From an uncultured Desulfurellales bacterium (lineage in GTDB: Bacteria; Campylobacterota_A; Desulfurellia; Desulfurellales; CAZERD01), in NCBI GenBank assembly GCA_964515405.1, contig CAZERD010000001.1, positions 7,629 through 71,628 on the forward strand: DNA of 64,000 nt, written 5' to 3'. The notes below the pieces were generated by a model. It searched no databases, was not told the origin of the DNA, and saw only the letters and a program-made list of their open reading frames with translations. Position numbers and translations under genes: made by a program. Below, piece by piece: positions 1-9,434 of the stretch (the stretch's first letter is position 1; the number at the start of each line of letters is the position of its first letter).

Positions 1-701
1 CCATATTTTCCATGATAGTAGCTGTGATAATAGGTATATTTTATGGAACTTATGCAGCCTATCATCTCGGTAGTCCCCTGGATGTTTCTGCACGGGTGTA
101 CTCCATTTTTGTGTATTCATTTCCTGTGTTCTGGTTTGGATTGATGCTTCAGCTTGTGTTTGGTGTATGGCTTCACTGGTTGCCTGTTTCGGGTGAGTCT
201 TCTCCGTTTATGACCCCCAACCACGTGTATACGGGGCTTTATGTGATTGATGCTGTACTGAATGGGCAGTGGGACGTTTTGAAGGATTCTCTTGAGCATC
301 TCATTCTTCCGTCTATAACCCTTGGGGTGGTTATATCCAGTATATTCGTTAGAATGGTTAGATCTAACGTGCTTCTTACCCTTTCATCCCAGTTTGTAAC
401 TGCTGCAAGGGCAAGAGGTGTTAAAGAGAAGAAGGTGCTTTTCAAGCACGCCCTGAAGAACGCTATGCCCCCAATACTAACCATAATGGGGCTTCAGTTT
501 GCTCTCCTTTTGGGTGGTGCTGTTCTAACTGAGGTTACGTTTTCTTGGCCTGGTATAGGTAGTTACCTTGTGTCAAGGATACATGCAAGGGATTTTCCTG
601 CCATTCAGGGTACAATCGTATTTTTCGCCATATTTGTTGCTATTATAAGCATTCTTGTTGATGTAATAAACGCATGGCTGGATCCGAGGGTGAGGTATTA
701 A
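1..701 (+). CDS. ABC peptide/nickel transporter permease, DppB/OppB family (5' end truncated by window edge)
   Basis: The frame of ORF 12..701 stays open to the window edge. It is a polytopic membrane protein with a binding-protein-dependent permease core (TAARARGVKEKKVLFKHALKNAMPPILT). It is the first gene of a permease-permease-ATPase-ATPase run. Confidence 0.85.
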   Translation, partial: IFSMIVAVIIGIFYGTYAAYHLGSPLDVSARVYSIFVYSFPVFWFGLMLQLVFGVWLHWLPVSGESSPFMTPNHVYTGLYVIDAVLNGQWDVLKDSLEHLILPSITLGVVISSIFVRMVRSNVLLTLSSQFVTAARARGVKEKKVLFKHALKNAMPPILTIMGLQFALLLGGAVLTEVTFSWPGIGSYLVSRIHARDFPAIQGTIVFFAIFVAIISILVDVINAWLDPRVRY

Positions 702-704
702 TAG

Positions 705-1586
705 ATGGAAAGATACGACAATCAGATGCTTACGGCTCGCCTGTTTAGATTTGTCAGGCAGTTAATGGGGGATTCCTCTGGTATCATGGCGCTTGTCGGG
801 TTTATTCTTCTTATCAGCTTTATATTTATAGCTATATTCGCTCCCGTTATTGCTCCATATAGTCCGGTTAAACCATCTGGAACTCCACTTATGCCACCTA
901 ACTGGCACCACATCATGGGTACCGATAACATGGGATATGATGTGTTCAGCAGATTTCTGTGGGGTTCAAGGATGGCGTTGATTATAGCATTTCTTGCCAC
1001 GTTTATAGCAGCTTCTGTGGGTATTCCTATTGGGTTGATAGTGGGTTATATAGGAGGTCCTATTGACAGAGTGGTTACTATGATTATGGACTCAGTCTAT
1101 ACCTTTCCAGGACTTATACTTGCCATTGCCATAGCGGCTGTTTTGGGACCGGGTATAATAAATATCTCTCTCTCTATAGCTGTTGTTTATGTACCGACCT
1201 ACTACAGAGTCATAAGGAGTCAAGTTACCACGATAAAGTCTGAACTGTATGTTGAAAGTGCTTATTCCATAGGCGCGCGTACCAGGACCATAATATTTGA
1301 GTATGTGCTTCCAAATGTTCTACCGTCTATAATTGTGGTTCTATCAATGAATATTGCCGATGCGATAATGACTGAGGCGGGTTTGAGCTTTTTGGGTTTG
1401 GGTATAACACCTCCTACTCCGGATTGGGGATATGACCTCGCGAATGGCCAGCAATTTTTGATCTCAAACGACTGGTGGATGGCATTTTTTCCCGGGGTAG
1501 CGATTATACTTATTGTGCTTGGCTTCAGCATGTTTGCAGAGGGTCTGAATGAGTACTTCAATCCGAATATAGGGGAGAAGCGCTGA
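705..1586 (+). CDS. ABC peptide/nickel transporter permease, DppC/OppC family
   Basis: 293-aa multi-TM ORF with a permease loop (ESAYSIGARTRTIIFEYVLPNVLPSI). It starts 4 nt after the previous permease. Confidence 0.85.
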   Translation: MERYDNQMLTARLFRFVRQLMGDSSGIMALVGFILLISFIFIAIFAPVIAPYSPVKPSGTPLMPPNWHHIMGTDNMGYDVFSRFLWGSRMALIIAFLATFIAASVGIPIGLIVGYIGGPIDRVVTMIMDSVYTFPGLILAIAIAAVLGPGIINISLSIAVVYVPTYYRVIRSQVTTIKSELYVESAYSIGARTRTIIFEYVLPNVLPSIIVVLSMNIADAIMTEAGLSFLGLGITPPTPDWGYDLANGQQFLISNDWWMAFFPGVAIILIVLGFSMFAEGLNEYFNPNIGEKR

Positions 1587-1587
1587 C

Positions 1588-2541
1588 ATGCCGGTGGCTG
1601 AAATAAAAGAGCTGTCTATAGATTATATCACAAGGAGCGGGGTTGTCAGGGCTGTAGAGGATCTACGGCTTACCATAGGGGATAGAGAAAGTGTGGGTAT
1701 TGTTGGTGAGTCTGGATGCGGTAAGTCAACACTTGGAATGGCTATGCTGAACCTTCTGCCACCGAACGCGAAACCACGGGGGGAAATAGTATTTAAAGGG
1801 AGAAACCTCTTTAAACTTGGTAGGGAGGAACTCAGGAAACTTAGAGGTAGGTATGTATCAATGATATTTCAGGATCCTATGACCTCCCTTAACCCTATAA
1901 TGAGAATTAGGGATCATTTTTTTGAATTGTTTGAGGTGCACTACCCGGACATGAAGAGGGAAGAAATGATAAAAATAGCTTCTGATGCTTTGCTCTCTGT
2001 TGGGGTTGATCCCTCGAGGCTTGATAACTATCCTTTTGAGTTTAGTGGTGGTATGAGACAAAGAGTTATGATAGCTGTGGCTATAGCTCTTGAGCCAAAC
2101 TTGCTGGTTGCAGATGAACCTACGACTTCCCTTGATGTGGTGGTGCAGGAGCAGATAATGCAGGTGTTAAAAAAACTTAAAGCGACTAAGGACATGTCCA
2201 TAATGCTGATAACGCATGATATGGGTATAGTTGCAGAGCTTGCGGAAAAGGTAGGTGTAATGTATGCAGGACATCTTGTGGAATATGCTGAGGTCCACGA
2301 GCTCTACAATGAACCTTTGCATCCATATACGAAGTTGCTTCTGAAGTCCATTCCCAATGTGAAACTGGATGATATGGAGTTAAGACATATCCCTGGCAGT
2401 TTGCCGGATTTGAAAAACCCGCCCAGGGGATGTAGATTCTACCCCAGGTGTCCGTATGCCAAGGAGAGGTGTAAGAACGAGGAGCCGCCGGATATTAGGC
2501 TTAATAGTAGAAGGGTAAAATGTTGGTTGTATGGTGATTAG
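1588..2541 (+). CDS. Oligopeptide/dipeptide ABC transporter ATP-binding protein (OppD/DppD type)
   Basis: Walker A GESGCGKST, signature FSGGMRQR, Walker B LLVADEPTTSLD, H-loop ITHD, and the C-terminal oligopeptide-type motif CRFYPRCP. Confidence 0.9.
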   Translation: MPVAEIKELSIDYITRSGVVRAVEDLRLTIGDRESVGIVGESGCGKSTLGMAMLNLLPPNAKPRGEIVFKGRNLFKLGREELRKLRGRYVSMIFQDPMTSLNPIMRIRDHFFELFEVHYPDMKREEMIKIASDALLSVGVDPSRLDNYPFEFSGGMRQRVMIAVAIALEPNLLVADEPTTSLDVVVQEQIMQVLKKLKATKDMSIMLITHDMGIVAELAEKVGVMYAGHLVEYAEVHELYNEPLHPYTKLLLKSIPNVKLDDMELRHIPGSLPDLKNPPRGCRFYPRCPYAKERCKNEEPPDIRLNSRRVKCWLYGD

Positions 2542-2543
2542 CC

Positions 2544-3536
2544 GTGAAGGATAATGTACTTGTTAAAGTGAGCAGGCTAAGGAAGGAATTTGAATTAAAG
2601 ATCCCGTGGGTTAAGGCTTTGTTTTCCAGAAAACGTCCCACGATTAAGGCAGTTGACAATGTCTCTTTTTATATAAGGGTAGGGGAAACGCTGGGTATAG
2701 TTGGAGAATCCGGGAGTGGAAAAACGACAATGGGGAGAGCCGTTTTGAGGCTTGTTGAACCTACTAGTGGGGAAATAGTGTTTGATGGTGTTGATATACT
2801 AAAGCTGTCCAAGGAAAGGCTACGGAGGTCAAGAAGAAACTTTCAGATAATATTTCAAGATCCAATGGCTTCTCTCAACCCGTATATGAGGGTTGGTAGG
2901 ATAGTTTACCACCCCCTGGAGATTCACGGTATAGGGACTCCTAAGGAGAGAAAGGAAAAAATACTGGCCCTGTTTGAGAAGTTCAACCTGACGCCACCTG
3001 AAGAGTTTTATACAAGATATCCACGCTACTTATCGGGCGGGCAAAGGCAGAGGGTAGTGATAGCGAGAGCGCTGATAACAAATCCAAAATTTATCGTTGC
3101 TGATGAGCCTACGGCTATGCTTGATGTATCAGTGAGATCCCAGATTCTGAAGCTTATGCTGGATGTGAAGGAGGAATTTGGTCTGACGTATCTTTTTATT
3201 ACTCATGATCTTGCCAGTGCTAAGTACGTGTGTGATAGGATAGGGGTTATGTATTTAGGTAAGCTTGTTGAACTTGCGGAGACAAGGTATCTATTCAGGG
3301 AACCTTTGCATCCCTATACCAAGATACTGATGGGAGCTGTTCCGATACCGGACCCTAACCTTAGGAGGGAGAAGATAATGCCTAAGGGTGAGATTCCCTC
3401 TCCGATAAATCTACCTAGAGGGTGCAGGTTTCATCCGAGGTGTCCTTATGCTAAGAGTATGTGTTCTGAAAGTGAACCTGAGCTAAGAGATATAGGTGGG
3501 AGATGGGTTGCTTGCCATATTGTTGAGGGCCTCTGA
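2544..3536 (+). CDS. Oligopeptide/dipeptide ABC transporter ATP-binding protein (OppF/DppF type)
   Basis: GTG start. Walker A GESGSGKTT, LSGGQRQR, IVADEPTAMLD, ITHD, and C-terminal CRFHPRCP. Confidence 0.9.
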   Translation: MKDNVLVKVSRLRKEFELKIPWVKALFSRKRPTIKAVDNVSFYIRVGETLGIVGESGSGKTTMGRAVLRLVEPTSGEIVFDGVDILKLSKERLRRSRRNFQIIFQDPMASLNPYMRVGRIVYHPLEIHGIGTPKERKEKILALFEKFNLTPPEEFYTRYPRYLSGGQRQRVVIARALITNPKFIVADEPTAMLDVSVRSQILKLMLDVKEEFGLTYLFITHDLASAKYVCDRIGVMYLGKLVELAETRYLFREPLHPYTKILMGAVPIPDPNLRREKIMPKGEIPSPINLPRGCRFHPRCPYAKSMCSESEPELRDIGGRWVACHIVEGL

Positions 3537-3580
3537 AAGTTGAATCGTCTCAGTTGTTCGTTGTACAAATGTTAAAAATA

Positions 3581-3609
3581 TTGCAATATCAAGAATGTTG
3601 GATTATAAT
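3581..3609 (+). promoter_or_regulatory. Sigma-70-type promoter for thiC
   Basis: TTGCAA (3581-3586), 17-nt spacer, TATAAT (3604-3609), 55 nt upstream of the thiC ATG. Confidence 0.5.
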
Positions 3610-3663
3610 TTTTGAGAGTAAGGGAATTGGCGCTGGCATTACACATTCAAAAGGAGAAAATAA

Positions 3664-4950
3664 ATGACACAGGTCGAGGCGGCTCGTGCTGGTGTTATCA
3701 CGGAGGAGGTAAGATACATTGCAGAGAAGGAGCACAGGAGTGTTGAGTTCATTGCTGAGGGCGTGATGAATGGCACGATAGTGGTGCTTAGAAATGTTGC
3801 ACATGATGTGAAACCCGTTGGTGTGGGGAGTGGGCTCAGAACGAAGGTTAACGCCAACATAGGTACTTCTTCGGATGTTGCAGATGTTGAAAAAGAGCTA
3901 GCAAAACTGAGGGCGGCTATAGAAGCAAGAGCAGATACCGTGATGGATCTTTCAACCGGTGGAGATATAGATGGTATAAGGAGGGCCATTCTTAAGGAAT
4001 CCAGTATACCTGTGGGTAATGTGCCTGTATACCAGATAGCTGTTGAAGTGGCTACCCAGAAGGGTAGCATAGTCTACATGGACGAGGAAGATATATTCCG
4101 TACGATAGAGAAACAGGCAGGTGATGGCATAGATTACATGACGCTACATGTAGGTGTTACCCTTGAGACGCTGGAAAGACTTATAAAGCAAGGAAGGATA
4201 GCTGATATAGTCTCCAGAGGTGGGTCTTTTTTGTCTGTTTGGATGTTGTATAATGAGAGACAGAATCCCTTGTACAGTAATTTTGATAGATTGCTTGAGA
4301 TAGCTAAGAAGTACGACATAACTCTTTCCCTGGGTGATGGATTTAGACCGGGTGCTGTTGCTGATGCCACTGACAGAGCTCAGGTGCACGAGCTTATCCT
4401 TCTTGGTGAGTTGCATAAGAGAGCCTTGGAGGCAGGGGTTCAATCAATGATAGAAGGACCAGGACATGTTCCGATAGACCAGATTGTGACCAATGCGAAA
4501 ATGGAGAAGTTTCTCTGTGATGGGGCTCCGTTCTATGTGCTTGGTCCTGTTGTGACAGATATAGCTCCCGGCTATGATCATATAACCAGTGCCATAGGTG
4601 GTGCCCTCATGGCGGCTTCTGGGGCTGACTTTTTGTGCTACGTTACTAAGGCTGAGCATATAAGACTTCCGCTTCCGGATGACGTCAGGGAAGGGGTAAT
4701 GGTTACAAGGATAGCTGCACATGCTGCTGATATTGCCAAAGGTGTTCCGGGGGCACTGGATTGGGATAAAGAGATGAGTAGGGCAAGAAAAGGGTTGAAG
4801 TGGGATAGGATGGTGGAACTATCAATAGACCCGGAGCTTTTGAAGAGTGAAAGGGAGAAGTCTCTACCGTCTGATAAGGATGTCTGCACAATGTGTGGAA
4901 AATTCTGCGCTATAAAGCTCCTAAACCAGGCATTGAGGGAAGGTAAATGA
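3664..4950 (+). CDS. thiC: Phosphomethylpyrimidine synthase ThiC
   Basis: 428-aa ORF that reads as ThiC family along its length. It has the C-terminal cluster motif CTMCGKFCA, and AAGGAG lies 7 nt upstream of the ATG. Confidence 0.95.
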   Translation: MTQVEAARAGVITEEVRYIAEKEHRSVEFIAEGVMNGTIVVLRNVAHDVKPVGVGSGLRTKVNANIGTSSDVADVEKELAKLRAAIEARADTVMDLSTGGDIDGIRRAILKESSIPVGNVPVYQIAVEVATQKGSIVYMDEEDIFRTIEKQAGDGIDYMTLHVGVTLETLERLIKQGRIADIVSRGGSFLSVWMLYNERQNPLYSNFDRLLEIAKKYDITLSLGDGFRPGAVADATDRAQVHELILLGELHKRALEAGVQSMIEGPGHVPIDQIVTNAKMEKFLCDGAPFYVLGPVVTDIAPGYDHITSAIGGALMAASGADFLCYVTKAEHIRLPLPDDVREGVMVTRIAAHAADIAKGVPGALDWDKEMSRARKGLKWDRMVELSIDPELLKSEREKSLPSDKDVCTMCGKFCAIKLLNQALREGK

Positions 4951-5924
4951 ACGATGTGATACTGGAAGAGCTGTATAAGAATAAGAACAAGTATGTACCC
5001 AGTGATAGGATATGTGAGAGGTTGAACATAAGCAGAATAGCGGTGTGGAACAGGATAAAGTTCTTGAAAAAACAGGGCTACAAGATACATGCTAAAAGGG
5101 GTGTGGGTTATAGACTGCTTGAGGAGGGTAGGGATATATTGATACCGTACGAGGTCAAAAGGAGATTGAAAACATCTACCCTTGGGAGGGAAATAGTTTT
5201 TTTACCCTCTGTTACCTCCACAATGGATAAGGCGGGGGAAATAAGTGATGATCCTTCACGGAACGGTACCCTTATAATAGCAGACCAGCAGACCCATGGA
5301 AGGGGAAGAAAAGGCAGGCATTGGGTATCCCCGCCGGGGAAGAATGTTTATGCCTCCGTTGTTTATTATCCTCGGCATATGAGTATAGGTAGTGCTATAA
5401 TGTTGATATTTGCCACAGCTGTAGCTATAGTTAAAGCTGTGGCTGAGCTTGGAGTGGAGGGGTTGGGTATAAAATGGCCCAACGATGTTATGTTGAACGG
5501 TAAGAAGATCGCCGGGGTTTTGGTAGAAACTCGGAGTGAGGCCCACCTTATAAGCAGTGCTGTTGTGGGATTTGGTATAAATGTTAATATGGAGGAATTA
5601 CCTGAGTCTCTGCGCAATGTGGCAACGAGCCTGAAGATAGAAACAGGTAAGCATTATGATAGAGCTGAGCTTTTGGCCTCTGTTTTGCTGTATCTGGAAA
5701 CCCTTATTGAGGAGTTGGAGAGGGGGAATTCGGATTTGATTCTCAGCATGTGGAAGCTGTATGATACGGTGATTGGGAGGAGGATTGAGGTGCGCTCGGA
5801 CGGTGAGGTTGTGTCTGGAGTAGCAGTGGATGTAGATGATGATGGTTTTCTTATTGTTAATGGCAAAGGCTTCTCAAGGAGGATTATAACATCGGATTCT
5901 ATCAGGATTTTAGAAGATGGATGA
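4947..5924 (+). CDS. birA: Bifunctional biotin-[acetyl-CoA-carboxylase] ligase / repressor BirA
   Basis: N-terminal HTH (ISRIAVWNRIKFLKKQGYKI) plus a ligase core with GRGRKGRHW. The ATG overlaps the thiC stop by 4 nt. Confidence 0.9.
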   Translation: MNDVILEELYKNKNKYVPSDRICERLNISRIAVWNRIKFLKKQGYKIHAKRGVGYRLLEEGRDILIPYEVKRRLKTSTLGREIVFLPSVTSTMDKAGEISDDPSRNGTLIIADQQTHGRGRKGRHWVSPPGKNVYASVVYYPRHMSIGSAIMLIFATAVAIVKAVAELGVEGLGIKWPNDVMLNGKKIAGVLVETRSEAHLISSAVVGFGINVNMEELPESLRNVATSLKIETGKHYDRAELLASVLLYLETLIEELERGNSDLILSMWKLYDTVIGRRIEVRSDGEVVSGVAVDVDDDGFLIVNGKGFSRRIITSDSIRILEDG

Positions 5925-6858
5925 AAAGAGGCTTGCGTCTCTTGTAAGGGAGACTATATACAGGATGTCAAAAGACCGTGTTCCGTTTACCCCATTTAAT
6001 TACCTGGAGTTCTTTATAGAGACAGCTGATGCGTTGGGAATTGCTTATGATGAACTGGGAGACTTTGTGTATGGTCGGGTGGAACTTCCTGACGCTTCAG
6101 CGAGGGAGATTGAGGAGACGCTTAAAGAGGTAACGAGTGAGGCTTATAGGACTACATCTGAGCTTAGGAGTGGGATGAAACATTCTACGGTGGAGCAGAT
6201 GAAGGTGATGGAGGGGCTTGACGTTGACGCGGGTGACGTTAGGGTTGAGCCTATTCGGGTTGTTCAGGAGAGAATTGATCAGCTCAGGAGGATAAATAAT
6301 CAAGTGTTGAGCAGGCTGGAGCAGGCAAGGAGGGAACTGGAGCATCAGAAGGAAAGGATAGAGGTTTTGGCAGAATTGGCTACAAAGGATCCTTTGACGG
6401 GTTGCCTATCGAGGAAAATGCTGAGTGATGCGATAGACAAAAGCCTGTACAATCTCCATAGGTACGGAAAGCCTTTCAGCCTTATCATGATGGATTTTGA
6501 TAACTTTAAGGAGATCAATGACAGGTATGGGCACAACACAGGCGATATGGTGCTTGTTAAGTTTTCCAGAACAATAAAGGATAATATAAGGGAGACGGAT
6601 CAACTGTTCAGGTACGGAGGAGATGAGTTTACCCTTCTTCTGCCTGAAACTGCGGGCAAGTCTGCCTGTGCTGTGGCCAATAAGCTTAGAGACAGAGTTT
6701 TATCTCTCACTTTCATCGCCAGGAAGGAAGAGTTTTATATATCCGTCTCGTTTGGTGTTACGTCAGCCAGGGAGGGGGATACGAGAAGCTCGGTGATAGA
6801 GCGTGTGGATAGTGCTCTGTACAGGGCTAAGAAGGAGCACAGAGTAGTCTATATTTGA
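5917..6858 (+). CDS. Diguanylate cyclase (coiled-coil N-terminus + GGDEF domain)
   Basis: Intact RYGGDEF active site with an RETD I-site motif five residues upstream. The ATG overlaps the birA stop by 8 nt. Confidence 0.85.
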   Translation: MDEKRLASLVRETIYRMSKDRVPFTPFNYLEFFIETADALGIAYDELGDFVYGRVELPDASAREIEETLKEVTSEAYRTTSELRSGMKHSTVEQMKVMEGLDVDAGDVRVEPIRVVQERIDQLRRINNQVLSRLEQARRELEHQKERIEVLAELATKDPLTGCLSRKMLSDAIDKSLYNLHRYGKPFSLIMMDFDNFKEINDRYGHNTGDMVLVKFSRTIKDNIRETDQLFRYGGDEFTLLLPETAGKSACAVANKLRDRVLSLTFIARKEEFYISVSFGVTSAREGDTRSSVIERVDSALYRAKKEHRVVYI

Positions 6859-6879
6859 ATCCCAGGAGGTTATACCATA

Positions 6880-7968
6880 ATGAGGGTTGCTGATTTTATA
6901 ATGGCATTGAAACCGTATGAAGGTGGCAAACCTATTGAAGAGATAGAAAGGGAATATAACATAAGCCGTCCCATTAAGCTTGCTTCAAATGAGAATCCAT
7001 TGGGGCCATCCGAGAGAGTTGTGGAAGTTATAAGGAAAATTGCAGGCGGGGTTAATGTGTACCCGGATGGGAATGTGTATTATTTAAGGAGAAAACTTTC
7101 ATCCAAGCTTGGTGTTTCTCCAGATAACCTTGTATTTGGTAACGGATCTGATGAAATAATAGAGCTGATATACAGAACTTTTGCTACGGGAGAAGATGAT
7201 GAAGTGGTGTATTGCTTTCCCACGTTTATTGAGTACAGGATAATAGGAATGGCGTTCAATAAAAGGCTTGTTGAGGTCCCTTTGAAGGGTTTTGCCTATG
7301 ATGTGGATGCTATGATGGATGTCATAACAGATAAGACGAGGTTAGTGTTTTTGAATGTTCCAAATAATCCGACGGGTACCATATTATCTCTTGAGGATAT
7401 TGTCTCCGTGGTTGACGGTGTGTCTGATGATACTCTTGTAGTGATAGATGAGGCGTACCATGAATATGCTGCTGCGGAAGGCGATTATCCTGATATTCTG
7501 GATCTGTATGAAAGACCCAATGTAATAATACTGAGAACGTTTTCAAAGGCTTATGCTTTGGCGGGATTGAGAATAGGATACGGAATAGCTTCAAAGGAGA
7601 TAGTGGATTTTTTGAATAGAACGAGACCGCCCTTTAATGTTAATCTTATTGCTCAGGTTGCCGCTATGGCGGCGCTGGATGATGAAGAGCACCTCAGGAG
7701 GAGTGTAGAGATTAGTTTGAGAGGGAAGGATTTTTTATATAACTCTTTTAAGTCGATGGGTCTTGAGTATGTCAAGAGCTATGCTAACTTTGTTCTTGTT
7801 GATGTTGGTATGGAGGCTGATGAATGTTCTGAGGCTCTGTTAAGAATGGGAGTAATAATCAGGAGCATGAAAGGGTATGGGTTTCCTAACCATATCCGTG
7901 TAACGGTTGGAACACCTGAGGAGAACGAAATCTTTATAGACAGGCTGAGGAAAGTAATCGGTGTTTGA
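6880..7968 (+). CDS. hisC: Histidinol-phosphate / aromatic aminotransferase (HisC family)
   Basis: Class-II aminotransferase motifs: NPTGT and the PLP-lysine context RTFSKAYALAGLRIGY. Sits next to tyrA. Confidence 0.85.
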   Translation: MRVADFIMALKPYEGGKPIEEIEREYNISRPIKLASNENPLGPSERVVEVIRKIAGGVNVYPDGNVYYLRRKLSSKLGVSPDNLVFGNGSDEIIELIYRTFATGEDDEVVYCFPTFIEYRIIGMAFNKRLVEVPLKGFAYDVDAMMDVITDKTRLVFLNVPNNPTGTILSLEDIVSVVDGVSDDTLVVIDEAYHEYAAAEGDYPDILDLYERPNVIILRTFSKAYALAGLRIGYGIASKEIVDFLNRTRPPFNVNLIAQVAAMAALDDEEHLRRSVEISLRGKDFLYNSFKSMGLEYVKSYANFVLVDVGMEADECSEALLRMGVIIRSMKGYGFPNHIRVTVGTPEENEIFIDRLRKVIGV

Positions 7969-8821
7969 TGTTGTTGGTATAGTCGGTGTAGGATTGATAG
8001 GTGGTTCCATAGCTATTGACATGAAGAAGAAAGGCTTAACTAAACTTGTGCTGGGTGTAGATGTAAGCGAACCGAACATCATTGATGCTATGAGGTTGGG
8101 CATCATTGACAGCGCTGTTTCTATGGATGATCTGGGCGGATGTGATTTGGTAGTGGTGAGTGTGCCTGTGCTATCTATACCGGATGTGATGAGGGAGGTT
8201 ATCTCTTGCGCTAAAAGGGGTGCTGTCGTCATGGATGTTGGGAGCACGAAGAGAAATGTTGTTGAGGCGGTGAAATCTATTGATACAGGAGGGGTCCATG
8301 TGGTGCCAGCGCATCCCATAGCGGGTGTGGAACGCTTTGGACCAGGTGCAGCGAGAGAGAACCTCTTTAGGGATGCTTTTTTTATTATTACCCCCGTAGG
8401 TGATTTTGGGAGTGCAGAGAAGAAAGTGAAGGCATTGTTTGAGCGGCTTGGCAGTAAAGTTGAGGTTATGAGTCCTGAGAGACACGATAAGATATTCTCT
8501 TATATCAGTCACTTGCCCCATCTCCTTTCATATTCCCTTGTGGGTTTGATTGAAGATAGGCGCAAGAATGAGGAAGGGCTTAAGTTCATAGGGGGTGGTT
8601 TTAAGGATTTCGTTAGAATAGCTGCCTCTAGTGAGCATATGTGGGCTGATATATTTATAGCCAACGGGAAATACGTTGTGGAGGCTGTGGATGAGTTCAT
8701 TGCCACCCTTGAGCGTCTTAAGGGATTAGTGGAGTGTGGGGATAGAGGGGGTATTGTTGATTTTCTGAGAGAAGCAAGGTTTTTTAAGAAAGAAATAGAT
8801 GAGTTTTATAGTGACGATTGA
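7961..8821 (+). CDS. tyrA: Prephenate (or arogenate) dehydrogenase
   Basis: GTG start overlapping hisC by 8 nt. Rossmann motif GVGLIGGS, and the SHLPHLLSY segment typical of the TyrA family. Confidence 0.8.
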   Translation: MFDVVGIVGVGLIGGSIAIDMKKKGLTKLVLGVDVSEPNIIDAMRLGIIDSAVSMDDLGGCDLVVVSVPVLSIPDVMREVISCAKRGAVVMDVGSTKRNVVEAVKSIDTGGVHVVPAHPIAGVERFGPGAARENLFRDAFFIITPVGDFGSAEKKVKALFERLGSKVEVMSPERHDKIFSYISHLPHLLSYSLVGLIEDRRKNEEGLKFIGGGFKDFVRIAASSEHMWADIFIANGKYVVEAVDEFIATLERLKGLVECGDRGGIVDFLREARFFKKEIDEFYSDD

Positions 8822-9434
8822 TGGTCCTGCGGGATCTGGTAAGACTACTATATCGAGAATGCTTGCTGAAAGGGATGGTTTTGTGCGTATAGATACGGGA
8901 GCGGTGTACAGAAGTGTTGGGTATTTACTTGGTGAGCGCCCGATGAAGAAAGATCTTGATGAGCTCGGTCTTGAGATTGATTTGTCGTCTGGGTTTAGAG
9001 TGTTGCATCATGGGAAAGACATGGAACGGTATATAAGAAATGAGAAGGTCTCTTATCTTTCTTCTGTGGTTGGAAGAATACCCTGTGTTAGGGAATACGT
9101 AAACTCTCTGGTTAGGGGAGTGTTGGTGGGAAAAGGGCGTTATGTTATTGATGGAAGGGATGCTGGTAGTGTTATATTTCCAGAGGCGAATGTGAAGGTT
9201 TTTCTAACTGCTTCCGTTGAGATAAGAGCGATGAGGAGAGCAAGAGAGCTCGGGGTAAGCGTAACTCCCTCTCTGGTGGAATCTGTGAGGCAGAGAGATA
9301 TAAGGGATATGACAAGGGAGATAGCTCCGCTAGTCAAGCCTGAGGGTGCAGTTGAGATAGATACCTCAGAGCTCACGCTGGATGAGGTATATAGGCGAGT
9401 GAAGAAGGTTATAGAGGGAGATAGATGGAGATAA
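8799..9434 (+). CDS. cmk: Cytidylate kinase
   Basis: P-loop IDGPAGSGKTT and a 211-aa length typical of Cmk. Overlaps the tyrA end by 23 nt. Confidence 0.9.
   Translation: MSFIVTIDGPAGSGKTTISRMLAERDGFVRIDTGAVYRSVGYLLGERPMKKDLDELGLEIDLSSGFRVLHHGKDMERYIRNEKVSYLSSVVGRIPCVREYVNSLVRGVLVGKGRYVIDGRDAGSVIFPEANVKVFLTASVEIRAMRRARELGVSVTPSLVESVRQRDIRDMTREIAPLVKPEGAVEIDTSELTLDEVYRRVKKVIEGDRWR

Noticed and set aside
3625-3650. The minus strand reads GUAAUGCCAGCG, which resembles the conserved UAAUGCCAGCG core of the TPP riboswitch, just upstream of thiC.
   Set aside because: It is on the wrong strand relative to thiC. There is no CUGAGA element or matching helices on that strand, and no minus-strand gene downstream. 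It is most likely a chance match.
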